Below, piece by piece: positions 1-12,314 of a stretch of DNA of 64,000 nt. The stretch's first letter is position 1; each line of letters starts with the position of its first letter. The DNA comes from an uncultured Acidobacteriota bacterium (GTDB lineage Bacteria > Acidobacteriota > Thermoanaerobaculia > Multivoradales > UBA5704). Location: contig OY969474.1 of NCBI GenBank assembly GCA_963700145.1, positions 5,391,768 through 5,455,767 on the forward strand, in the 5' to 3' direction. Both the position numbers and the translations under genes were made by a program. The notes under the pieces are model-generated. The model had not been told where the DNA came from, ran no database searches, and saw only the letters and a program-made list of their open reading frames with translations.

Positions 1-72
1 GCCGGCCATGGCGTTCATCACGCCGGCCGCGGCGGACGCGGCGAGGAGGGCCAGGGCCTGGCTGGGGGTCAT
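1..72 (-). CDS. 5' end of probable TSUP/TauE-SafE family membrane protein (runs off window)
   Basis: My translation from ATG at 72: [24 protein letters not shown], resembling the AG.xNAxAGGG start of TauE/SafE exporters. Confidence 0.5.
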   Translation of the reverse strand, partial: MTPSQALALLAASAAAGVMNAMAG

Positions 73-145
73 GGAGCGCGCGGATTATGGCACGCGGCGC
101 TGTGGTACCCTGCGCCCAAATCAGCACCATGGAAGGAGGCGCTTC

Positions 146-2770
<2,625 letters not shown>

Positions 2771-2806
2771 GGCGACCACCGCCCTGAGACGGCGGCAGGA
2801 GGCGGC

Positions 2807-4344
<1,538 letters not shown>

Positions 4345-4348
<4 letters not shown>

Positions 4349-4791
4349 AGGGCAAAGCCATCAAGATCCTGCTCGCCGAGGACGACCCCGACGACCGCCT
4401 CCTGCTGCAGGAAGCCCTCCAGGAGGGGCGTCTGGCCAACGAGCTGACCTGCGTCGAGGACGGCGAGGAGCTGCTCGACTACCTCCACCAGCGCGGCAAG
4501 TGGGCCGGCGGGGCGCCGCGCCCGGGCCTCATCCTCCTCGACCTCAACATGCCGAAGCTCGACGGCCGCGAGGCGCTGCGCGCGATCAAGGCCGACCCGT
4601 CGCTGCGCCAGATCCCGGTCGTCGTGCTCACCACCTCGAAGGCCGAGGAGGACGTCCTGCGCAGCTACGACCTGGGCGCCAACTCCTTCATCACCAAGCC
4701 GGTGACCTTCCAGTCGATGGTCGACCTGATGCGCGTCCTCGGGCGCTACTGGCTGGAGATCGTCGAGCTGCCGGCGGCGGACGCCGAATGA
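4345..4791 (+). CDS. Single-domain response regulator (Rcp1-like)
   Basis: [34 protein letters not shown]; ATGA overlaps with both neighbours. Confidence 0.93.
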
Positions 4792-6848
4792 ACGAAGCGC
4801 CCATCTCGGTGCTGCTGATCGACGACGACGAGGACGACTTCGTCCTGACGCGCGAGCTGCTCGCCGAGATCGGCAGCGCCCGCTTCGAGCTCGCCTGGGC
4901 GCCGCGCTACGAGGCGGGCCTGCAGGCGCTGCGCGACGGCGCGCACGACGTCTACCTGCTCGACTACCACCTGGGCGAGCGCAACGGCCTGGAGCTCCTG
5001 CGCGAGGCGGCGGCCTGCGGCTGCCGGGCGCCGATCATCATGCTCACCGGCCTGGGAGACCGCGAGGTGGACCTCGAGGCGATGCGCCTGGGCGCCGCCG
5101 ACTACCTGTTCAAGAAAGGGCTCGACGCGCCGCTCCTGGAGCGCGCCATCCGCTACTGCCTGGAGCGGGCGCGGACGCTGGAAGCGCTGCGCGAGAGCGA
5201 GGAGCGCTACTCGCTCGCCGCCTCGGGCGCCAACGACGGCCTCTGGGACTGGAACCTGCGCACCCACCGCATCTACTTCTCGCCGCGCTGGCGGCAGATG
5301 CTGGGGCTCGCCGAGTCGGAGGTGGCCGGGCTGCCCGACGACTGGTTCCGCCGCGTCCATCCCGAGGACCTGCCGCGCCTGCGCCACGACCTCGCCGCTC
5401 ATCTCGCCGGCGCCACCCCGCACTTCGAGAACGAGCACCGCCTGATGCACCGCGACGGCGACTTCCGCTGGGTGCTGACGCGGGGCCTGGCGGTGCGCGG
5501 CGAGGACGGTGTCGCCTACCGCCTGTCCGGCTCGCAGACCGACACGACCGGCCGCAAGGTGCACGACGCGCTGACCGGGCTGCCCAACCGCGTGCTCTTC
5601 CTCGACCGCCTGGCCTCCGCTCTCTCCCGCGCCGGCCGCAACCGCCGCGGCGCTCTCCTCGCCGTCCTGGCGCTCGACCTCGACCGCTTCAAGCTGGTCA
5701 ACGACAGCCTCGGGCACGGCCTGGGCGACCAGCTCCTGGCCGAGGTGGCGACCCGGCTCGCCGGCTGCCTGCGCCCCGAGGACACGGTGGCTCGCCTCGG
5801 CGGCGACGAGTTCGCCATCCTCCTCGAAGAGGTGCGAGACCCGCGCGAGGCGACGCGCGTCGCCGACCGCATCCACGCGGCGCTCGCTGCCCCCTGCCGG
5901 CTGGGCGGCCGCGAGCTCTTCACCTCGGCGAGCGTCGGCATCGCCCTGGCCGCCGGCGGCGTGCGGCCGGAGGCGCTGCTGACCGATGCCGACACGGCGA
6001 TGAACCGTGCCAAGCGCTCGGGGCCGGCGCGCACCGAGGTCTTCGACGCGGCGATGCGCGCCCAGGCCCTGGACCGGCTGCAGCTCGAGTCCGACCTGCG
6101 GCTGGGGATCGAGCGCGGCGAGTTCCACCTGGAGTACCAGCCGATCGTCGCGCCGCACGGCGGCGAGGTGCTGGCCTTCGAGGCGCTGGCGCGCTGGCAG
6201 CGCCCCGGCCACGGCGTCGCCCTGCCGGAGGACTTCATCCCGGTGGCCGAGGAGACCGGGCTGATCGGCCCGCTCGGCGAGCACCTGCTGCGCCTGACCT
6301 GCGTCCAGATGAAGAGCTGGCTGGAGCAGCTCCCCGAAGACTCGCCGCTCGTCGTCTCGGTCAACCTCTCGGGCCGCCAGCTCACCGGCGACGACTTCCC
6401 CGAGCGGGTGGCGGCGGTGCTGGCGGAGACCGGCCTGCCGCCCGAGCGGCTCAAGATGGAGCTCACCGAGTCGGCGCTGGTCGAAAGCCCCGAGCGCTCG
6501 GCGGCGCTCCTGACCCGCCTCCGCGACCTCGGCGTCGGCCTCTGGCTCGACGACTTCGGCACCGGCCACTCGTCCCTCTCCTACCTCCACCAGTTCCCCT
6601 TCGAGGCGCTCAAGATCGACGGCTCGTTCGTCGCCCGCCTGGAAGAGCCGGGCGGCCGCGCCGAGATCACCCGCACCATCGTCCTCCTCGCCCACAGCCT
6701 CGGGCTGACGACGATCGCCGAGGGCGTCGAGACCGCCGGCCAGTGCGCCCGCCTCCGCGACCTCGGCTGCGACCGCCTGCAAGGCTTCCTGTTCGCCCCC
6801 GCCCTCCCGGCCGACACCGCCTGGGACCGGGTGGCGCCTCCCGGCTGA
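4788..6848 (+). CDS. REC-PAS-GGDEF-EAL diguanylate cyclase/phosphodiesterase
   Basis: Start [14 protein letters not shown] overlaps the RR stop; PAS (DGLWDWN...VHPED); HDALTGLPNR; GGDEF; EAL and DDFGTG motifs. Confidence 0.93.
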   Translation: MNEAPISVLLIDDDEDDFVLTRELLAEIGSARFELAWAPRYEAGLQALRDGAHDVYLLDYHLGERNGLELLREAAACGCRAPIIMLTGLGDREVDLEAMRLGAADYLFKKGLDAPLLERAIRYCLERARTLEALRESEERYSLAASGANDGLWDWNLRTHRIYFSPRWRQMLGLAESEVAGLPDDWFRRVHPEDLPRLRHDLAAHLAGATPHFENEHRLMHRDGDFRWVLTRGLAVRGEDGVAYRLSGSQTDTTGRKVHDALTGLPNRVLFLDRLASALSRAGRNRRGALLAVLALDLDRFKLVNDSLGHGLGDQLLAEVATRLAGCLRPEDTVARLGGDEFAILLEEVRDPREATRVADRIHAALAAPCRLGGRELFTSASVGIALAAGGVRPEALLTDADTAMNRAKRSGPARTEVFDAAMRAQALDRLQLESDLRLGIERGEFHLEYQPIVAPHGGEVLAFEALARWQRPGHGVALPEDFIPVAEETGLIGPLGEHLLRLTCVQMKSWLEQLPEDSPLVVSVNLSGRQLTGDDFPERVAAVLAETGLPPERLKMELTESALVESPERSAALLTRLRDLGVGLWLDDFGTGHSSLSYLHQFPFEALKIDGSFVARLEEPGGRAEITRTIVLLAHSLGLTTIAEGVETAGQCARLRDLGCDRLQGFLFAPALPADTAWDRVAPPG

Positions 6849-6859
6849 CCCGGAAAAGA

Positions 6860-7572
6860 CAACTTCGGACCGGGGAACGCTCCCCGGGGCGCCGGGAGGA
6901 TTGTTTTCGGACCAGTTCGTACTACTTTCGGACAGAGAAGCACCAAGATCGGACCAAAACAGCCGGTGCGTTGGGAGGGAAGCCGAGTTTACGGGGTCCG
7001 AAACTCGCCGGCGCCCGGCGGCAGAGCTATTTTCGGACCGAAAAGTACGATTTCAGGACCACAGGGACGCCTGACACGGGTCAGAAGCCCCAAAATCGGA
7101 CCGGCGACACGTCCCCAGCGCTCGGTACGAACGGTTCAGAGACCGAAGTGGAACAGAATCGGACCAAAGAGTTAGATTTCAGGACCGAGGAACGTTCCCG
7201 AAGGGCCGCTGACACCTCCGCACCAGCAGACGACAGCTCCTCAGGGTGCCAGATGGAAGAAAATCGGACCAAACCGTAAGATTTCAGGACCAAAACAGCC
7301 GCCCAAGGCCGCCGAGCGGTCCGATTTCGGACCAAACCACTAGGGGAGGCCCGCGGGGAGTGTTCCTTTCGGACCGGGGAAGAATATTTTCGGACCGCGG
7401 AGGCATCTTTTCGGACCGCGCAGCCTTCCCGAGGCCGCGGGGAGACATCCCGACGGGTGGGGGAGCGTAGCCTTCGGACAGCGGAAGGATCTTTTCGGAC
7501 CGCGGAGCGTTCCCTTCGGACCGCGGAACCTTTCCGAGGCTGCAGGGAGGCTTCCTGACGGGTGGGGGAGCG
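6860..7572. repeat. Degenerate 21-bp-period array with (T/A)T(C/CA)GGAC(C) core and variable spacers
   Basis: CGGAC/AGGAC cores at 6866, 6908, 6929, 6950, 7034, 7055, 7097, 7160, 7181, 7265, 7286, 7328, 7370, 7391, 7412, 7475, 7496 and 7517, all in one mod-21 register. Higher-order 105-bp duplications: 7160/7181 vs 7265/7286, and GACGGGTGGGGGAGCG at 7452 and 7557. Confidence 0.9.
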
Positions 7573-7579
7573 GCCACTG

Positions 7580-7687
7580 CTAGCCCCGACGAGAGCCGCG
7601 AGCTGGCGCTCCTGGTCTCCGCGTCTGACACCTTCGCGCCAAGCGCTTGGCTGCCACGGCGGCGATCCGCAGCTCATATCCGGCCAT
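7580..7687 (-). pseudogene. Truncated RelE/ParE-like toxin remnant
   Basis: ATG overlaps the antitoxin 3' end; MAGYELRIAAVAAKRL resembles RelE N-termini (MxxYxLxxxxxAxKxL), then degenerates and stops after 35 aa beside the array. Confidence 0.55.
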
Positions 7688-7904
7688 GACGCCGCAGGTC
7701 CTTGACGACCTGGTCGAAGCTCAGCAGCCGCTCTCCACGTCTCTGCTCGAAGGCCTCGAGATCTGCCGCGTTTTCCCCAAGGGCCAGCCCAACAGCTTCG
7801 TTGACCAGCTCCGAGACGGAACAACCTGTCGTCGCCGCCTTGAGCCGCAGAGCACGATGGATCTCGGGATCGAGGTAGACGGTTGCACGCTTCGTGGTTT
7901 TCAT
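7674..7904 (-). CDS. CopG/RHH-family antitoxin
   Basis: KRATVYLDPEIHRALRLKAA...SVSELVNEAV ribbon-helix-helix; C-terminal tail typical of RelE-associated antitoxins; AGGAG... upstream context. Confidence 0.8.
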   Translation of the reverse strand: MKTTKRATVYLDPEIHRALRLKAATTGCSVSELVNEAVGLALGENAADLEAFEQRRGERLLSFDQVVKDLRRHGRI

Positions 7905-8419
7905 AGGAGCCCAGGCTAGTGCCCCGGCGCTAGGACGTCAAAGACGACAGTCCGTTTGCGCGGCGCGCTCGCGGGCCCTCCGGGGCCGCCCTCCTTCAGA
8001 GGCAGGGGACGCCATGAAAGGACCACCGCAGGCGTAAGGCAGCCAGAGCCCGCGGCGCCCACCCCAGCGCTGTGTAGCTTAGGCCGAGCGCCATCCAGGA
8101 GTTTTCCTGCGCGAGCTGCCCCGGCCGAAGCCTCGCGCGCAACGCGTTGGGGATCGCGGCGCTACCCGCTCTCGAGGCCCGCTTCGCCCGACCCCGCAGG
8201 CGACTCCATTCATCTGGCACCTAGCCACTGGGCCAAAGATCGATTAGCGTCACTCTCATCGCCGAGCGCTGATGGCTTGAGCAGCTGAGCAGCTGCCGCT
8301 CGGGCCGGCCCTGCGCGCGGGAAACGCAATGAAGGACCCGCTCCGCATTTCACAACGAGCGACAGACGGCCAAGCCGTATAACAGTGGTCATACTGAGGA
8401 GACATGTAAGGACACGCCC

Positions 8420-9475
8420 ATGAAGAAGCCTAGGCGACCAGAGTACACCCCGTTGGACTTCGCTCAATGGAAGGCGGCGAACTCTCTTTCTCTCTCTCCC
8501 AAGTTCCAGCGGCGGGGAGTCTGGAAATCGGCGGCCCGCTCCTTTTTTGTGGACAGCTTACTGCGAGGTATGCCAGTTCCTCCAATCTACTTGCGCGAGA
8601 TGCAGTCTCCGCAGCGCGATCGCGTAATTCGCGAAGTGATAGATGGCCAGCAGCGGATCGCTGCTGTCCTCGACTTTATGGACGGCAAGTACCGCCTCTC
8701 TAGGAGTCTCAAGGGGCCGTGGGCTGGCAAAGCCTTTGGCGGATTGACGCCGGAGGAGCAGGACAACGTGACGAACTACGCCTTCTCTGTCGAGATGTTT
8801 CATGGGATCTCTGATCTTGAGGTCCTCGAGATGTTCTCTCGACTGAATACATATAGTGTGGCGCTAAACAAGCAAGAACTCCGTCACGGGAGGTTTTTTG
8901 GTCGATTCAAGCAGTCTGTCTACTCCCTTGCTTACGAGCATTTGGAATTCTGGCGGCGCCACCGAATATTCACAGAGCAGAATATCGCGCGCATGCTCGA
9001 AGCTGAATTTGTTAGCGAGGTTCTGATTGCTTTTCTCGATGGAATGCAAGACAAGAAGAAGTCCATTGAGTCGTTCTATGACAAGTTTGACGACGAGTTT
9101 GCTGAGCAGTCGCGTCTGGAGAAGCATTTCCGTGAAGCCGTAGACGAAATAACGGAGTCGCTTGGCGACGCCCTTGTGGATACCATCTTTCGTCGGCCTC
9201 CCATCTTGTATTCGCTCGTTTGCGTTCTCCAACACCGCCGACACGGCTTACCGGGCGTGTCTGTCGCAACCACGAAAAGGCCTCTCTCTCAAGACGAACG
9301 CTTGTCCCTACGAGAGGCCGTTGAGTCTCTCTCGGCGAGGGTTGATTCCGCTCGCGCGGGTGAAGTCGTCCCGAATCAATACGTCGCCTTCGTCAAGGCC
9401 TGCCTACAGCAGACAGACAATATTAGGCCGCGCGAGACTAGGTTCAAGGTTCTCTATCGCACAGCATTCCGGTAG
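8420..9475 (+). CDS. DUF262 (ParB/GmrSD N-terminal-like) domain protein
   Basis: PKFQRRGVW, DSLLRGMPVPPIY, VIDGQQR, FSRLNT motifs; more AT-rich codon usage than flanks. Confidence 0.88.
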   Translation: MKKPRRPEYTPLDFAQWKAANSLSLSPKFQRRGVWKSAARSFFVDSLLRGMPVPPIYLREMQSPQRDRVIREVIDGQQRIAAVLDFMDGKYRLSRSLKGPWAGKAFGGLTPEEQDNVTNYAFSVEMFHGISDLEVLEMFSRLNTYSVALNKQELRHGRFFGRFKQSVYSLAYEHLEFWRRHRIFTEQNIARMLEAEFVSEVLIAFLDGMQDKKKSIESFYDKFDDEFAEQSRLEKHFREAVDEITESLGDALVDTIFRRPPILYSLVCVLQHRRHGLPGVSVATTKRPLSQDERLSLREAVESLSARVDSARAGEVVPNQYVAFVKACLQQTDNIRPRETRFKVLYRTAFR

Positions 9476-9478
9476 ACC

Positions 9479-10123
9479 ATGCCGAGGCAGATGCCCCGCC
9501 TCGAGGCGGAGTTTCATCGCCATGCGGCAGAAGCTATGAAGCTTGCCGAAATTGGTGAGCTCTCACGAGCTGAGGCAATCGCTGGCTCCCAGACGCGCAA
9601 GAATTTCCATCACAGTCGCGTGGAGTTACTGTATGAGCTAGCATTTTTGCGGGTTTTCGTGGCGTGGGAAGCGTTTCTTGAGCAGACCTTCATCCGATAT
9701 CTCTGCGGCTATAGATCAAGGAGAGGCGTGGCTGTCCTTTTGGCTGGAGCATCGTTCTCGCCGACGCTTGCACACGCCACAGCCGTTGTTCTGGCGGGAA
9801 GAGACTACGTATTGTGGCATGACCCGTTAAAGGTGATTGGAAGATCGCAGCGGTCGTTCACTGCCTGTCCTATCGAAACGGTCCTTCTCTCAAACACTGC
9901 CCGTCTTCAGGCATGTGCCGCTGTACGCCACCGCATCGCACACTCACAGAGCGACGCTCGGCGGAAGTTCGACAACGCGACCATGGCCATAGCAGGGAAG
10001 CGCTACAGAGGTGCCCGAGCGGGCGCGTTTCTTCGCGACTGGGACATAGGGGTGACGCCTCATGCCCGATGGCTTGAGCAATTGGGGCGTGAGTTGCAGA
10101 GTCTTGCATCTCAGATAGCATGA
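9479..10123 (+). CDS. HEPN-domain protein (putative RNase)
   Basis: 3 bp after the DUF262 gene; helical; AWEAFLE helix and RHRIAH (Rx4H) HEPN-type motif. Confidence 0.7.
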   Translation: MPRQMPRLEAEFHRHAAEAMKLAEIGELSRAEAIAGSQTRKNFHHSRVELLYELAFLRVFVAWEAFLEQTFIRYLCGYRSRRGVAVLLAGASFSPTLAHATAVVLAGRDYVLWHDPLKVIGRSQRSFTACPIETVLLSNTARLQACAAVRHRIAHSQSDARRKFDNATMAIAGKRYRGARAGAFLRDWDIGVTPHARWLEQLGRELQSLASQIA

Positions 10124-10143
10124 ACAAGTTAAGCAAAAAGGCA

Positions 10144-10177
10144 TAACCCGCCCGCCATAGCGAAGGCGGACGGGTTA
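10144..10177. terminator. Hairpin between convergent genes, probable intrinsic terminator (U-tract on minus strand)
   Basis: TAACCCG-CCCGCC / GGCGG-ACGGGTTA stem; AAAAAG just upstream on + strand. Confidence 0.65.
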
Positions 10178-10222
10178 GCCGGTCGGGGTGATGCAGTCGT
10201 CAGTCTCTCGTCGTCGTCGGCC

Positions 10223-10939
10223 TTACTGGATGATCAGGGTGTAGTTGACACCCGTCTCCGACTGGTCGGGGTTGATCATCCGGAAGCTGAGGGTGTGCTC
10301 GCCCTGGCTCAGCGGCTTCAGGAGCAGGAAGTAGCCGTCCGCCACCGCCGGGGAGCGGTCGCCCGGGTCGAGCCCGAGATCGGTCAGGAAGGACGGATCC
10401 GGGACTTCCAGGGTGTAGCCCTCGGGCTGGCTCTGGGCCCGGTAGGCGAGGAGGTCTCCGATGGGCTCGCCGTCGAGGGTGGCCTCGAAGGAGACGCCCG
10501 GCGCCACGGGCACGTCGTTGTTGACGTCGCAGCGCACCTGCTCCGCGATCGTCGCCATCTGCGAGCAGGGGTCGCCCGCCGAGGGGAACTCCGGCGCGAA
10601 GCTGACGAAGACGCCGCCCAGCGAGAGGAAGATCGCCTTGCCGGCCGGGATCTCGCACGTCCGGTCGGCGACGCCGCCGAAGGTGCTGGCCAGGAACCAC
10701 ACGCTGCCGTGCTGGTTCAGGTCGCAGAACCTGCCGTCGGGATCGAGCGCCGGGTTGGTCGCGAACGGCTCGGCGACCAGCCAGTTGGTCCATTCGCTGG
10801 CCAGCTCGTTGTACGACTTGCCGGCGAACTTCTGACCCGGCTCGACGACCTTGTTGCTGGCAGCGGCCGAAGCCGCCGCCGCCACCAGGAGCACCATCAC
10901 CACCACTGCACTCTGCCGAAGCTTGCTGTTCAGTTTCAT
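10223..10939 (-). CDS. Secreted hypothetical protein
   Basis: Signal peptide, GC3-rich codons, RBS AGGAGAAGGA; VWFLA, CEIPAGKAIF and AVADGYFLLLKPLSQGEHTL motifs of an uncharacterised secreted family. Confidence 0.75.
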   Translation of the reverse strand: MKLNSKLRQSAVVVMVLLVAAAASAAASNKVVEPGQKFAGKSYNELASEWTNWLVAEPFATNPALDPDGRFCDLNQHGSVWFLASTFGGVADRTCEIPAGKAIFLSLGGVFVSFAPEFPSAGDPCSQMATIAEQVRCDVNNDVPVAPGVSFEATLDGEPIGDLLAYRAQSQPEGYTLEVPDPSFLTDLGLDPGDRSPAVADGYFLLLKPLSQGEHTLSFRMINPDQSETGVNYTLIIQ

Positions 10940-10996
10940 GTCCTTCTCCTTTTGAGTTTTATGTGTGAAGCGTTTTTGGTTGACGAAACGTCGTGT

Positions 10997-12220
10997 TTAC
11001 TGCGTGCCGCCGCGCACCGCCCGCACGCGGGAAGTGCCGGACTTGAACGTCGTGGCCACACTGCCGTAGTTGTCCACGTACCAGGCCGCGAACGTGGCGC
11101 TGGCCCGCGTCGTCGACGTCCAGTAGGTGGACTGGAAGGTGCAGCTGCCGGTCAACACGGTGGCGCCGGGAACGCAGTTGTTCTGGAACGCCGGCGATAC
11201 CGCCCACTGGTTCTGGAAGTCCGCGACGCTCAGGAGCTCCCGCGCGTTGGGCACGCGCCAGTCGCTATAGCCCCCGAAGCCTTCCTGGTTGACGTCCTCC
11301 AGCCAGTCCCAAACCGTCTCCTCGTAGCCGTTGCCGGACCACCAGTAGATGTTGTCCTTGTCGTGCCGGCCGCCGTTGTCGCCCTTCTTCTCCCAGACCA
11401 GGCCGGTGTTGTCGTCGGTGATCGTGCCGTTGCCGTTGTCGGTGAAGCTCAGGGGCGCACCCGCCCGCAGCGTGCCGTCGTCCGGTACGGCGACCGCGCC
11501 GGGGATGCCGTCGTTCTTGTTCGCGGTGTAGGCCGTGAGCTGGCCGGTGGCCGGGAAGCCCGAATCGCCGCCCCGCACCGCCCGCACGCGCAGGCCGGCG
11601 GTCTTGTCGTACGGGTAGAGGACGCCCTCGTAGAAGCTCACGCCCCACGCCATGCCGGTGCTGCGGGCCCAGGTCGTCGACGACGTGTAGCTGGTCACGG
11701 CGGTGCAGCTCCCGGTCAGCACGGTGGCGCCCGCCACGCAGTTGCTGTTGAACGCCGACGCCGTCATCGGCGCGCCGTTCTGGAAGTTGACGAGGGTCTG
11801 GAGCTCCTTGGCGTTCGGCACGCGCCAGTCGTCGTAGCTCGCGAAGCCGGTGCCGCCTTCCGCGTTGACGTCGTCCAGCCAGTCCCAGATGGTTTCCTGG
11901 GTGCCGGTGCCGGACCAGGCGTAGTAGTTGTCCTTGTCGTGCAGCCCGCCGTTGTCGCCCTTCTTCTCCCACATCAGGCCGGTGGTGTCGTCGGTGATCG
12001 TGCCGTCGCCGTTGTCGGTGTAGCTCAGGCTCGCGCCCGCCTGGAGCGTGCCGTCGTCCGGCACCGCGACCGCGGCCGGGATGTTGTCGTTCTTGTTCGC
12101 GGTGTACGCCGTGGTCTGCCCGGTGGCCGGGAGATCCATCGCCCCGGCGGAGGCCGCGCAGCCCAGGGCCAGGGCCGCCAGGACGAGCAGTGATAGGAAC
12201 TGATGCCGCCTACGATCCAT
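10997..12220 (-). CDS. Secreted protein with two tandem DUF1566 (Lcl C-terminal-like) domains
   Basis: Two copies of PATGQ...DNGDGTITD..TGL.WEK...DWRVPNA.EL...VRAVRGG; signal peptide. Confidence 0.85.
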   Translation of the reverse strand: MDRRRHQFLSLLVLAALALGCAASAGAMDLPATGQTTAYTANKNDNIPAAVAVPDDGTLQAGASLSYTDNGDGTITDDTTGLMWEKKGDNGGLHDKDNYYAWSGTGTQETIWDWLDDVNAEGGTGFASYDDWRVPNAKELQTLVNFQNGAPMTASAFNSNCVAGATVLTGSCTAVTSYTSSTTWARSTGMAWGVSFYEGVLYPYDKTAGLRVRAVRGGDSGFPATGQLTAYTANKNDGIPGAVAVPDDGTLRAGAPLSFTDNGNGTITDDNTGLVWEKKGDNGGRHDKDNIYWWSGNGYEETVWDWLEDVNQEGFGGYSDWRVPNARELLSVADFQNQWAVSPAFQNNCVPGATVLTGSCTFQSTYWTSTTRASATFAAWYVDNYGSVATTFKSGTSRVRAVRGGTQ

Positions 12221-12314
12221 CTTCGTTCTCCTCTCGAATGCGCGCCCGAACAGGGCGGCGTTTCCGGGGAAATCGAAATCCGCGGCGGAAAGGCGACAGG
12301 CGGGTGGAAACGAT

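Noticed and set aside
6743-7824. ORFs over the 21-bp array (6743-7279 +, 7081-7824 -, 7284-7631 -) as real genes
   Set aside because: No credible starts or RBS, overlap with real genes and atypical codon usage; the heptad motifs just mirror the DNA period.
7996-8220. TPR-like fragment (SWMALGLSYTALG...ALAALR) upstream of the antitoxin
   Set aside because: Only one short motif and no reliable gene boundaries; too weak to call.
8240-10140. Integron cassette (attC) context for the DUF262-HEPN pair
   Set aside because: I could not find paired RYYYAAC/GTTRRRY boxes with a convincing stem, and no integrase is present.
10997-12220. Complete diversity-generating retroelement
   Set aside because: No reverse transcriptase or non-coding template repeat in the window; both copies are in-frame coding domains.
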